Below, in pieces: positions 11,727 through 25,306 of a stretch of DNA of 64,000 nt. Every line of letters begins with the position of its first letter. The first letter of the stretch is position 1. Position numbers and translations under genes: made by a program. Source of the DNA: Octopus vulgaris (taxonomy: Eukaryota); the NCBI GenBank assembly GCA_951406725.2, contig OX597822.1, forward strand, positions 76,880,001 through 76,944,000. Reading direction: 5' to 3'. The notes beneath the pieces were generated by a model. That model was not told the origin of the DNA and made no database searches. It saw nothing but the letters and a program-made list of their open reading frames with translations.

Positions 11727-12524
11727 AACCTTCATTGGGCCTCACTGAGGCAATGACAAGTGATCGAGATCTTTGGAGATAAGCTGTGCTTGAGAAGACC
11801 CAGGAAGCCAAATGAGACCATAACCCTGGTCTATGCCAGTGCTGTATAACCAGCCTATTTAAGAGTACCCTTCAATCATTGGACAATAAACTACGCTTGT
11901 GAAGACCTGTTGAAGCAAGTGAAATCGTTGTCATGGCTGATAACAGTACCACCTGATTCGCACCTGTGCCAGCAGAACATTAAAAGTACCATTCGAGCGT
12001 GATTGTTGCCAGGGCCACTGACTGGCTCCCATGCCAGTGGCACGTAAAAAGCACCATTCAAGCATGATTGTTGCCAGCATTGCCTAAATGGCTCCTATGC
12101 CGGTGGCACATAAAAAACACCATTCGAGCATGGTCATTGCCAGTCCCACTGGACTGGCTCCTGTGCAGGTGGATCATAAAAAACACCATTTGACCATGGT
12201 CATTGCCAGTCCCACTGGCTCATAAAAAACACCATTTGAGTGTGGTCCTTGCCAGTGCCACTGGACAGGCTCCTGTGCAGGTGGTATGTAAAAAGCGCCA
12301 TTTGAGCGTGGCTGATGCCATTACCACCTGACTGGCCCTCCTGCCGATCGAACGTAAAAGCACCCACTATGCTCTTGGATTGATTGGTGTTAGGAAGGGC
12401 ATCCAACTGTAGAAACTTTGCCAGATCAGATTGGCGCATGGTGCAGGCTTCTGGCTTGCCAGCCCTCAGTCAAGCCATCCAATCCATGCCAGCGTGGAAA
12501 GTGAACATTAAATGACGATGATGA

Positions 12525-12527
<3 letters not shown>
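11727..12527 (+). mobile_element. SINE family C (RTE-like 3' tail ending in (GAT)n) with an internal ~66-bp tandem array
   Basis: 3' end GGTGTTAGGAAGGGCATCC...CCATGCCAGC(A/G)TGGAAAG...TTAAA(C/T)GATGATGAT. Other copies: ~8640-9162+, 13655-14040-, 16412-16780-, 32150-32420-, 43248-43575-, 52065-52380-. Confidence 0.8.
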
Positions 12528-12566
<39 letters not shown>

Positions 12567-12778
12567 ACCTACATATACACACACACAAATACACACACAT
12601 GCACACACACAAATACACACACACACATGCAATTGGCTGAGCACTCCCCGTCATCTGTACATATCCTTTCACATAGTTCACAGAATGTGACAAAGCTGGC
12701 CCTTTGACTTACAGGTACAACTCATTCATACATTTATATATAAGCATTTATATATATGTATACATGCATGAATATATA

Positions 12779-12837
<59 letters not shown>

Positions 12838-14044
12838 TAGACTAGACTACCTGTTAGGTCACCAGGAAACTCTGAGTTTTCCAGCAACAGAGTTTTGTTT
12901 TGTGGGTTGGAAAGATTTAGCTGCTATTTCTTATACGCCCTACTACCACATAACAGATATTTCGGATCCTTTATCACAAAGAGCTGTTACATGGTAGCAG
13001 GGTGTGCTAGAAATAGCAACCAAATCATTGGAGATGAGATACGTTGAGTGCACTTGAAAGCACTGTTTCACACTCAGGTTACGGAAGGGTCTTTTATGAG
13101 ATACTACCGTATTTTTAAAGTCATTTTCACTGTAGAATATTTTTTAAATATGCCATAAAAAAATTTTGTAATGGTATTCACTTGAAAAATGTTTTTAAAA
13201 ACATTAAAATATTGTCTGTTTAAAGAAAGTTAAAATATAAATACTTACTGTACAAACAACTTACATTTTTGAAATCACATTCACTTAAAAATATTTCTAA
13301 AGGATTAAAATATTGTGCTTAACAAAAGTGAAAGTAGAAATTGTAAAAAAGAATCGTATTGTTTCGTTGTCAACTCACTGTCTAAAAGAAAGATAAGAGT
13401 TTCTTCCCTTTCAAGATGAAGATTATTTTCAGGACCTTTTCCCATTATTCATTGTTTTGGGTATTTATACCTTGAAAATCTCTAATATCTTGAAAACTAC
13501 TTTACTGATTTATGCGAAAATTGTTTCATTCGATTTGTATTAACATTTCAGGGTAAACTTAATTCATAGCATTTTCTCATTATGCACCGTTTTCACTGAG
13601 TAACATTGCAAGCAAGCAAGATTAAAACTGACTTTTAATGCATTATATATATATATCATCATCATATGTCTGTTGTCCATGCTACCATGGGTTGAACAGT
13701 TTGACCAGGACTAGTAAGCTGGACGACTGCACCAGACTCCAGTCTGAATTAGCATGGTTTTCTACGGCTGGATGACCTCCCTAATGCCAACCACTCAGAG
13801 ACTGTAATGGGTGCTTTTACGTGCCACTGGCATGGGTGCCATTTGCATGACACCAATATCTGCCATGACTGTGATTTTCCTCGGCTTGATTGGTCTTCTT
13901 CTCAAGCATGACATAATGCCTAAGGTCTCAGTCATTGCCTCCATGAAGTTCAACACTCAAAAAGAACTCAGTTGCTTTACCGATGTGAAGCCCAACACAC
14001 AAAAGGAACATGGCCACATTGTCTCTTTGAGGCTCAATGCTTTG

Positions 14045-14085
<41 letters not shown>

Positions 14086-14753
14086 AAAAAATGAAGTTCG
14101 AAAATGCTGCTATATTATACAATTTTTAATTTTTATATATACATTATAACATGTTTCAGTTCCTGAAATGAACCTTATCAAAAAAAGTTATATATAAAAA
14201 AAGACAGCTCATGCCGTCAAACACAAGAAATTCATTTATAATACACAACGGAGTCAGACATCTTAGAGTTCATGTATAGTTGATATATAGTTTGAAGTAA
14301 GTTCATTCATGCTATATGTTCAAAGTGTTCGATGCAGTGGCCCACGGTGGCGATACGTATTCAATACAAAAAACAGATCAAAGTGGTGGGAAGCAGTCAA
14401 TACAGAAGATTGATGTTTCCGAAAGAGCGAGGAATTCATTTTTACCTTAAGCAATTGTGATGACCCATGGTGTGTGTTCACTGGGTGGTTCTAGTGAATC
14501 TTGTGAATTGCTCGGTTTTATAATGCCTGTTAGGTGGTCAGTCCAGCGTAGCATGACATCATCAACGTTTTGACCAATCGTTTCGTTAGGTGGCTTTAGT
14601 CAAGCAGAACGGGACATCATCATCATTTTGACCAATCGCTGTATTATAACTGCCTCTTGTCTGTTTCCTGTTTTGACCAGTCGCTTCGTTTTATATATAT
14701 ATATATATATAATCTTACTTGGAAATGGATGCATTGCATTCAATTAAATAATA

Positions 14754-14802
<49 letters not shown>

Positions 14803-15019
14803 TATACACACACACACACACATGCATATATGGGTACAGGATGTCACCAACTGTACAAGTAACATGAAATACATAAACAACAGGGGAAAAAAGGAAAATA
14901 AGACGAGTAAACACAGAGACAGGACCCTTCATCAGTTATTGGCTGTCTATCTACTCCTCATTTTGAGCATTCAACGACAATATGAACCTTGAAAGACAGC
15001 TGCTACCATAAATTCTATT

Positions 15020-15166
15020 TTTATTGAGAGAAACAGTGACTATGTTGAGAAGTAGGGCTGTGATCCATAGAGGACCAGTTTCATTTTGATGTATGATACA
15101 TGTTCCTGTGTTGGCAATTATACCTGTCCTAAACAAAATGGCATTAATTTTTGACTCACCCTTGTA
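15020..15166 (+). mobile_element. Mariner 3' end fragment
   Basis: Encodes IERNSDYVEK* (mariner C-terminus) followed by the TIR-like TTTTGACTCACCCTTGTA. Confidence 0.55.
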
Positions 15167-15633
15167 CAAATACATATATAGGCGGTGCTCCAGCATGGCC
15201 GCAGTCAAATGACTGAAATAAGTACAAAAAAAAACAAAAAATATATATATATGCATATATATATATATGTGTGTGTGTGTATGTGCGTGCTCGCGTGTAA
15301 ACACACACATGCATGCACACATGTACATGTGTAAGTATGTATAAGTGACAAATCTTGAAGCTCCTATCAACATCATCATCATCATCATTGTCGCACCATT
15401 TAATATTCACTTTTCTATGCACGTCTGGATGAGATGAAAGTTGTTGAGGCAGATTTTTCACAGCCAGGAGCCTTTCCTGTTGCCAACCTTCACCTACTTC
15501 CAAGCAAAGTAATATATCTCATGGCCATTCATGTTTTTACAGAAGACTGCATACAAACAACATCTCTTACGGCCATCATGTAATATCAAAACAGGGGCAC
15601 ACGCATACACACACACACACACACACACACACA

Positions 15634-15852
15634 TATGAAGATGTGCTGAAAAGTTCCTGACTTTAAGGGCATCAGGAAAGATCTGGCTGGAGGCCCATTT
15701 CCAAGTTCTTTTACAGGGCTTAGAAAACCTGAAGAACTGCTTCAATAACTGTGTGAATCTGAGAGGTGAATATGTTGGATAAAATCATAATTAACTGACG
15801 CTTCTGAACTTTCTTTAACCCTAGGCCAGGAACTTTCCAGCACCCCTTCTTA
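15634..15852 (+). mobile_element. Short mariner-derived MITE
   Basis: TIR-like ends GTGCTGAAAAGTTCCTG / CCAGGAACTTTCCAGCAC, TA flanks, and an internal remnant of the mariner C-terminus (NNCVNLRGEYV). Confidence 0.65.
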
Positions 15853-18094
15853 TATATACATGTGTGTGTGTGTGCACTTCAGTTTTCTGAATTTTCTGGT
15901 GTATTCCAGCTCACCTCAAAACCCACTCTGCTCCTGTGGACCAATTCTTATCTTTTATCTATTAATTGTTTCACTCATTAGACTGTGGCCATGCTGGGGC
16001 ACCACCTTGAAGAATTTTAATCCAACAAATTGCCCCCAGTATACATTCTTTTTAAGAATGCTTGTTTGTGTCTGGTGTCTGATGATGATGATGATGATGT
16101 TAATTATGATGATGGTGGCGATGTTGATGATGATTATTTGAAATTAATCTTGCAATTACCTCATTGCTTCAAGATTTTAAATGAGGTGATTGCTTTAGTT
16201 TTATGATGGCATTGCAGCACGTGTGAGAGGCCAGATCAAGCCAGTTTGAACGTAGAGCAGGCAGAATATATTTATGCTAGATACGGCCGGTTTAAATGCT
16301 AAAGTTGAATCCTGAAACTGTTGCCATATTTGCCCACCTCAACTTCTTTGGGGGCTCATGGTTACTCAGGATGCTAGAAACAGCAGTCAAATTTTCCTCA
16401 ATTCATACACTACATCATCATCATTGTTTAACGTCCGCTTTCCGTGCTAGCATGGGTTGGACGATTTGACAGAGGACTGGCGAACCAGATGGCTGCTCCA
16501 GGCTCCAATCTGATCTGGCAGAGTTTCTACAGCTGGATGTCCTTCCTAACACCAACCACTCTGAGAGTGTAGGGGTGCTTTTACGTGCCACTTTCACAAG
16601 AGCCAGTCAGGCGACATTGGCAACGGCTACGCTCAAATGGTGCGTTTTGTGTGCCATCTGCACAGGAGCCAGTCCAGCAGCAATGGCAATGACCACGCTC
16701 GAATGGTGCTTTTTACATGCCACCGGCACAGAGGTCAACCTGTTGCTCTGGCAACAATCACGCTCGTATGGTACCATTTAAAACAAATAAACATGAAATG
16801 AATACTTCAGAACCGTTTTGGATTTTGCAGTTGTTATTGTTCATGTTACTAAATTTGTCACCAATGTAATTGCTGCCATTGTTGTTACACCAGTAGCCAC
16901 TGTTGTTACTATGATGTTACTGTTGTTACTATGTTGCCACTTTTGTTGTTGTTACAGTTGTAGCATCAGGTTTTACTATAATGTTACTGTTGTTGTCTTC
17001 TTCTTCTTCTTCTTCTTCTTCTTCCACTTCCTGTCAGGACTCACGCCATTAGCCACAAAGAATAATCTCTAATTCGAGCCTGCTCTAAGCTACTAAGAAT
17101 GCGTGCGGCAACTTCAAAATCCATCCACCACATGCGATAGACTGGCGGTTGCATGGGCACAAAAGCTACGTTGTTATCCTTACTCCGTAAACGGTGGCTT
17201 TTTAACGGGTGGAGAGCTGAACCATCCTGTGGTACAGAGGATTCACCATCTAGACTGGGGTCTGAAAGTTTACCACACCATCATAGTGGGTTACACTATA
17301 GTTCCTCTGCTTTGTAGCAGAAGTAGGAAGAAAGAGTGAGAAAAAGTTGTGGTGAAAAAGTACAGCGGTGGAGATTAGGTGCTTTTGCTCAATAAACACT
17401 CACAATGCTCGGTCTGGGAATTGAAACCACGTTCTTACAACCGCGAGTCCGCTGCCCTAACCACTGGGCCATTGCACCTCCACTGTTGTTGTTGTTACTA
17501 ATATGTCCTTGTTACTGTTGTTGCTACTGTTGTTGTTGTTACTAAGAGATGTAACTGTTGTGACTGCAACACTCGTTACCTTTCTTAATACTGTTTTAAT
17601 TGTTATTGCTCTTGTTGTTGTGGCTCCTGTTGCTATTGACGATGTTTCCATTGTCATTATTATTATTAATACATATCGTCATCCCCACCTCTTACTATCA
17701 TTGCTGTTACTGTTGCTTATATTATTATGTTACTTGCTATTACTCTTCTTCTTCTTCTTCTTCTTATTATTATTATTATTAGTATTATTATTGTAACTGT
17801 TGCTATCATTTCCTATCAGTTTGTTTTTGTTTTTAGTATCGCTGCTATTATATCTGTTGCAAATGATTGGTCATTCGAAAGGGATAAGCTATTTCCATGG
17901 TTACTCTATAGTGATGAAATCAATGACGTTGGCCCTGGCAACTGTTTGGTTATACCTTCATATCACAGCTCAGCTTCTAGCAAAGAAATCCTCTGGTGTG
18001 ATGAAAATATGCAGGTGCATGTGTGTGTATGTGTGTGTGAATAAATGTGTTCACTCAGGTATACATGTATACACCTGTACCATGTTTCTAGGTT

Positions 18095-18148
18095 TATCTA
18101 TCTACTTGTTTATCTACATACCTACCTACCTATCTATCTATCTATTTC

Positions 18149-18234
<86 letters not shown>

Positions 18235-18486
18235 GATCTATCTAATTTATCTATCTATCTATCGATCTATCTATCTACCTATCTATCTACCTATCTATCT
18301 ATCTACCTATCTATCTATCTACCTATCTACCTATCTATCTACCTATCTATCTATCTATCTATCTATCTATCGATCTATCTATCTACCTATCTATCTATCT
18401 ATCTACCTATCTATCTACTTATCTATCTATCTACCTATCTATCTATCTATCTACCTACTTATCTATCTACCTATCTATCTATCTAC
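18095..18486. repeat. (TATC)n / GATA microsatellite, left of the LINE insertion (continues 19581-19920)
   Basis: Direct observation. Confidence 0.95.
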
Positions 18487-19578
18487 CTGCACCGCGAGTG
18501 TCGCGTTGCTCTCAAGCAACTCTGCCGTCCTGGGTCGACCTTAAGTGACTTCAACACAACCAAAGCATTCTATAGGGGTTTAGTGGAGGGGAGGTACGAC
18601 GACGAGCTCGGGGCGAACCTGGACGTCGACGAGGAGTACCTGACCCGCCTGTTCAGGACGACTTTCGGGCCAGGGCCCATGGACAACTTCCAGAGATCCC
18701 TGGCCTGGCAGTGCTACCGAGAAGCGCTACCCGTTCGGGATAAGCTCTACAGACACGGCTCGAGAAACACGGGGCCGACCTGCCCGAGATGCGGTCAGAG
18801 CGACGAAACCGTTCTGCACGCACTCGTTCAGTGTCCAACAATTTCCGACCTGTGGGCTTATGTCGAACAACTGCTGTCACGTGTGGGACGAGTCGGTTTA
18901 TCAGCTGAGTCTATCGTCAATATTGTCACGCCTCCTTCCTTCAAACGGGAAGGAAGAGCTATTTTCATCATCCTTGTGGCTATGGCGAAAGAATGTATCT
19001 GGTGGACGCGTCTGAAAGGATTGGAGACAAACACTTTCCTCTCTGGTCAATCTCTCATCAACTTCTTCAAGTACCACTTGAAAAGGAAAGTGAGAGTAGA
19101 GAGGCAAGTTTTGTCTAGCGAATGTTTTAAAAAAAGATGGGTGAATGTAGCAAGAATGGCACGTATGAATGACGAAGCCACCTTGAGCATAGTCCTATGA
19201 ACCCAGAAATCGAAAACAGAGAGTTGCTTATTTGCAAAAAAAAAAAAAAAAAGAAATATAAAATGTGACATCATTGACCGAGGTTACCGTGGTCTTTTCC
19301 GTAGGCTTTTCTTTGCACGGGTAAACCTCACCTGTCCTCCCCTTTACACTTCATATTGACATTTCTGTGATAACGATCCCTATTGATCAATTTTTTTCCT
19401 CCCCCCTTTTTTTAAACCCCCTTTTTTTTGTCCTCTTTCTCTCCTTTTACGATCCCTTTTGATCGAAACTCCCCCTTCCTTTTTTTTTTTTTTTTTTCTT
19501 TCTTAAACCTTCAAAAGAAAAGCTCTACCTTGTAATTTGTTCTATCTGTGTGCAGCCCTGTGTGGCTAATAAAGAAAC
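18487..19578 (+). mobile_element. 5'-truncated Tx1/L1-like non-LTR retrotransposon (ORF2 C-terminus 18487-19200 plus 3'UTR) inserted in a (TATC)n microsatellite
   Basis: Abrupt GC-rich, CpG-rich segment with an uninterrupted frame containing the zf-RVT-type CPRC...ETVLHALVQC motif and IWWTR. Stop at 19198-19200, T-rich 3'UTR, AATAAA at 19568-73; TATC arrays on both sides. Confidence 0.88.
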
Positions 19579-19710
19579 ATATCTACCTATCTACCTATCT
19601 ATCTACCTATCTATCTATCTATCTATCTATCGATCTATCTATCTACCTATCTATCTATCTACCTATCTATCTACTTATCTATCTATCTACCTATCTATCT
19701 ATCTACCTAC

Positions 19711-19744
<34 letters not shown>

Positions 19745-20167
19745 GCCTATCTATTTCTCTATCAGTCTGTCCTTCTATCTACCTACCTACCTATCTATTT
19801 ATCTATCTATCTCTCTCTCACTCTGTCTGTGTCTCTCTCAATCTATGTATCTCTGTCTACCTGTCTGTCTGTCTGTTCATCCATCTGTCAGTATGTCTGT
19901 CTATCTATCTAAATATATAGATACATAAATTGGCAGACAGACAGATAGGCATAAACATATGCATATAAATATATACACATATGTGTAGAATATGTGTGCA
20001 TGTCTGTGTTAAGTTTGTGCATATATATCATGGAAATATACTATTTATCTTCACAGTGTTGTATATAGATAAGAGGTACTATTTGCATGTGTATAAATGT
20101 GTGATATGTATGTATGTGTATGTATAAGTGTATATCTATCTATCTATCTTAATGAATATACATATAT

Positions 20168-20198
<31 letters not shown>

Positions 20199-20319
20199 GA
20201 AACACTGCCAGATTTGACTGGGCCTGATGAAGCCTTCTGGCTTCACAGACCCCAGTAGAACCGTCCAACCCATGCTAGCATGGAAAACGGACACTAAACG
20301 ATGATGATGATGATGATGA

Positions 20320-20364
<45 letters not shown>

Positions 20365-20500
20365 CAGAAATATATGTATGTATATACATACATACACTGG
20401 TTGCCAAGTGATGGTGGTGGTTGTGGTGGTGGTAGAGGTGGAAGAAAAACCGAAAGGCACACACACATAGATATATATATATACACTTGCATACACACAT

Positions 20501-20543
<43 letters not shown>

Positions 20544-20775
20544 CATATATATACGCATATACACACACACACATATATATAGACACATGAGAGGCTTCTT
20601 TCAGTTTTCATCTACCAAATCCACTAACAAGCCTTTGGGCATCCTGGAGCAATAGTAGAAGTCACTTACCCAAGGTGCATGCAGTGGCAGTGAACCTGGA
20701 ACCATGTGGCTGGTAAGCAAGCTATTTACCACACAGCCACTCCTGCACCTGTACATATATATATATATATATAAA

Positions 20776-20809
<34 letters not shown>

Positions 20810-20842
20810 CTTTATTTAAAGCAGCAGAAAATTCAACAAAAC

Positions 20843-20880
20843 CTGTTACTCTAAGTTTCCCGTTGCCGTTCATCGGACAG
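20843..20880 (-). ncRNA. Minimal hammerhead motif, same family as 5867-5964
   Basis: Reverse complement reads CTGT-CCGATGA-ACG(GCAA)CGG-GAAA-CT(TAG)AG-TA-ACAG. Confidence 0.6.
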
Positions 20881-20972
20881 TTTTTGCTGCTTTAAATAAA
20901 GCATATTACTCTACCACTGGTATTTGAGTACTCTTTTTTCCACTTTGTTTCACATTTATGTGTTTACTCCGG

Positions 20973-21010
<38 letters not shown>

Positions 21011-21074
21011 GTGTGTGTGTATATGTATATATACCAGTGTGTATATGAGTATCAAATTTTTACAAGAACAGGGC

Positions 21075-21170
21075 TAACAGTGACTTCAAAGTTTCAGTTT
21101 GTGAGCCTTGCTAGTCCTTGTCAGACTGTTTTGCAATGGCCAGCAGGCTGAAACTTCAAAGTCACTGTTA
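21075..21170. mobile_element. Small hairpin MITE
   Basis: TAACAGTGACTT..AAGTTTCAG.. / ..CTGAAACTT..AAGTCACTGTTA terminal inverted repeats. Confidence 0.6.
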
Positions 21171-21272
21171 TAAAAGTACGATAAACTTTTTTATGTGCCC
21201 TACAAAAAAAATTATCCTATTTATTGCTAAAGTGTTTCCATCATAACTTGACATAAAATACACAGATACACA

Positions 21273-21317
<45 letters not shown>

Positions 21318-21378
21318 TGCTATTAAGTTAGACATAGCCTGGATCAATCTTTGGTCAAAACATATCTAAGTTTATCTA

Positions 21379-21415
<37 letters not shown>

Positions 21416-21888
21416 GCCATGATGGACCGCTAGCCACTACACATTCTTTATTTTCTCTCCTTGTTTCTTTCTGTGGAAAGGCTTAGGCTCGAAACGTTAA
21501 AGACTTTTTCACTTCCCGAGCATTATACTAATACATCTGTTTGTTGTCTACACCACCATTCTTCGCCTTTTGTTTGTCTTTTTTTGTGAATTCTCCCTAT
21601 ATATACACATATATATATATATATATATATACAAACATGTTATTTTTGGGGGCTTGCAAAGTATTTGGTAATGCTGTCAGTGTTGGTGCTTCATAAAAAG
21701 CACCCAATAAATTCTGTAAAGTTGCTAGTATTAAGAAGGGCAACCAGCTGTAGAACCAAAGCCAAAACAGACAATGAAACTTGCTGTGGCTCCCAGTGTT
21801 GCTTGCCTCTGCTAAACTGTCCAACTGATGCCAGCATGGAAAATGGATGTTAAATGATGACAATGCTAGACATGTATGTATCAAATTA

Positions 21889-22330
21889 ATTGGGGGTGTC
21901 CTTCATAGTCCAAAATTTATTCTCAAAATTGATTATGGATTTACAGACTGTTAGGATGACATTAATTTCATTCATGCTAAGAATAGCATATTTCTTCACG
22001 AAACAAAGAACACTGTTTAGTACAATATGGTTGATAGAGGCATAGCAATTATCAATGTCTATTTGTAAGAATTTATGTTTGTCCTTGTTTGGAATTTTAG
22101 TGAGCCAGCTAATTACTTCTTGGGTGTTAGATATTTTCTTTCTAATTATGGGTATATATTTATCTAGAATTATTTTGCATAATCTACTTATGTCCGACTT
22201 AGCAGGGCATATTAATTTAACTTTAGGGGTGGTTTGGAAGTTATCTTTATGGACTTTTATTGTTCTTCCAGCTCTGATAGGTATGAATGGTTCAGTTTTA
22301 TCATTGATGCAATATTCTGAAAACATCTTT
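21889..22330 (-). mobile_element. Penelope-like element reverse transcriptase fragment (pseudogenic)
   Basis: Translation IKVHKDNFQTTPKVKLICPAKSDISRLCKIILD...NTQEVISWL...FLQIDIDNCYASI matches PLE RT motifs (KDHKxNF, RLINPAKS, NTxxVIxW, DIxxFYPSI). Both ends are cut by SINE insertions. Confidence 0.82.
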
Positions 22331-22992
22331 CTTGTGGCAGAGTGGTAAGAAGCTTTTTTCCCAACCACATGGTTCTGGGTTCAGTCCCACTGCATGACAC
22401 TTTGGGCAAATGTCTTCTACTATAGCCTCAGGCTGACCACAGCCTTGCGAGTGGATTTGGTAGGCAGAAACTGAAAGAAGCCTGTTGTGTATATATAAAC
22501 TGATGCAGTTTTGTCACGAGCTTGGGGAGACGCCTTCAAGATTCATTTCAAATGTTTTAAGCAATTCAATATATTCATTCTTCTCTAATATTCTTTTGCT
22601 TGGTTCAGTCATTTGACCACGGCCATGCTGGAGCACTGCTTTTAGTCAAGAAAACAACCATAAAATTTATTCTTTGTAAGCCTGGTAGTACTAATTCTTT
22701 TGGTCTCTTTTGCTGAACTGGTAGGTTATGGTGACATAAACACATCGACATCAGTTGTCAAGCAATGGTGCAGGACGAACACAGACACACACACATATAT
22801 ACACGATGGGCTTCTTTCAGTTTCCATCAACCAAATCCACTCACAAGGCTTTGGTTGGCTCGAGGCTATAGTAGAAGACACTTGCCCAAGGTGCCACACA
22901 GTGGAACTGAACCCGTAACTATGTGGTTGGGAAACAAGCTTCTTACCACACAGCCATGCCTGCGCCTTTTGGGCACATTGAATTTTTAGCTT

Positions 22993-23245
22993 ATGAAAAT
23001 AGCAATCATTATGATAACGACAGTGATGATAATGATGATAACGATGATAATGACAGAGATGATGATGGTGATGATGATGATGATGATGATGATCGTGAAG
23101 ATAATGGTGGTGGTGATGATGATAATGATAATGACAGTGATGATGATGATGGTGGTGATGATGACAATGATAGTGAAAATAATGGTGGTCATGGTGATAA
23201 TTATGATGACCACGACGATGACGACGATGATGATGATGATGATGG
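22993..23245. repeat. (GAT/GGT)n trinucleotide tract
   Basis: Direct observation. Confidence 0.9.
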
Positions 23246-23989
23246 TTCAGAAAGCTAAAATAGAATAAATTCTGGGGGGGGGTGTAGGTGGGGGTATCTG
23301 TGGACGGGGGAGGGTATGGATGTGAGTGGTTTGTGTGAGGGTGTGTGTGTATGGGTGTGTGGGTATGTTTGTGGGGGAGAGGTAGTATTATGTTAAAGCT
23401 GAAAAGGCTTCTTTCACAAACTGTTACCCAGAGTTTTCACATAACTGATATCTGTGTGTGTTTGTGTGTGTGTGTGTATACATACGCATATATATATATA
23501 TGTATATATACACAGTTTCAGATTTAGAAATCCCTCATCAAAAAAATAGATATAGGATCAGCTAGCTCCTTATATACTAATTTAGCTAACTAATTAATTA
23601 TTTTTCAAGCAAATGCCGAGGAGGAGGAGGAAGAGGCAGCACAACAACACATGCAGACTGGTTCTATTAAATCAACTAATTAATGTATCTCAGATGTTGT
23701 CTTTTGTTAAGCAATAAATTTATACAGGATAGTTTGTCAAATCCTTAAATTTCTAATATTTCTTTCTGCAGTCTGATGTTGGTATCTTCATACACATAGA
23801 TTTCATTCTCCTTCTCTCTTTCTCTCTCTCTCATTCACTTGGATTTCAGCAATAATGACTTCCATTTATTCTGCCAAAAATTCTTCCTCCCACATTTTCT
23901 CAAATACATCTGCTCCCTCTATCACATTCCAATCTCCTCAAACTGCCTGCAAATCTTTGACCATATCTCCTCCTACATTGAGAACATAG

Positions 23990-24030
<41 letters not shown>

Positions 24031-24031
24031 C

Positions 24032-24155
<124 letters not shown>

Positions 24156-25086
24156 TACATCACCTCTATCTTCTTTGAAGTCATTGTCTCCAGCAGCATC
24201 AGTGATCACCATTCCTCAATAGCTTTGCTATTCTTAACTCTTCACAAGAACTTGTTTCATCTCCTAATTGCATTCCAGATAGTAACCATGATATCCTTGT
24301 TATGCTATCTCTCTAGATATTTTTTTAATGGAAAAGGCTTTTGTACAAGTTTGCTCTTTAATACAGATGAGCAGTTCTTGAACGGTGCTACCAATGTAAG
24401 GCCTGGTACATTTGTTACAAACTGTGTAGTACACTTCATTGTTCTGTTTAACCTATGAACAAGCATCAGTTGTCATGCAGGAGTGGTGGCCAAACATACA
24501 CCCAGACAGTCAAACACATATGCACACACACGTGCACGGACACACAGACACACACATACTTACACGTATCCAGACAGATGAACAAAGAAACACACACAGG
24601 CACACACACACAATCACACACAAAGGCACATGCACACACACATACACCCAGACAGACAAACACACACACATACAGACACATGCACCCATATACATGCACA
24701 TATCCAGACAGATGAACACACATGCATGCACACACAGGCACACACATACACACACGCATGTGTATGCATGTGTGTGTGTGGCCCGGTCACCACTCCTGCA
24801 TAACAACTGATGCTAGTTTGTTTACATCCCCAATAACTTAGCAGTTTGGCAAAAGATATCAATAAAATAAATACCAAACTTTAAAAACATATAAATACTA
24901 GGGTGAATTTGATTGACTGAACCCATCAATGACTCAAAGCAAAATAAAACAGATGGAAGAAGACATCTATTCAGGTACTTATTCTTGGAAGATCCAATGT
25001 ATATCACTTTTATATTCAGGTCCCACTTTACAGATCTCATATTTGATTACATCAGTTTTTCCATCATTAAAGTACATCAGTTTTAA

Positions 25087-25306
25087 CCCTTTCATTACAG
25101 ACCAGACTGAAACCGGCTCTGGCTCTGAGTACAAATGTCTTGTTTTCATATGTTTTCAATTAAAATCTTCCACCAAACCTTAGTCACAATTTATGTTCCT
25201 AACACTAGCTGAATGATAACCAAGTTATTTTACTAAATTCTTTGTTATATTTAAAGTAATTGAAAGAAACATAGAGCATCTCAAAAGAAATACAGTAATG
25301 AAAGGG
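25087..25306. mobile_element. piggyBac-type MITE, family 2 (other copies ~50544-50765, ~50797-51472 split by a SINE, and ~48270-48985 split by a hAT MITE and a SINE)
   Basis: TTAA|CCCTTTCATTAC ... GTAATGAAAGGG|TTGA. The internal sequence (aaatcttccaccaaaccttagtcacaatttatgttcctaacac) recurs in reverse near 50650-50690 and 51350-51390. Confidence 0.7.

Noticed and set aside
14880-14945. Minus-strand CTGATGA as a hammerhead core
   Set aside because: No downstream GAAA box or closing stems were found.
17800-19200. 466-aa ORF as a host gene
   Set aside because: It is a chimera of low-complexity sequence, the stop-free (TATC)n tract (YLSI repeats) and a truncated LINE ORF2 C-terminus.
22923-23268. 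Poly-Asp or poly-Met acidic protein exon
   Set aside because: A (GAT)n tract fused to a SINE end, with no convincing splice sites.
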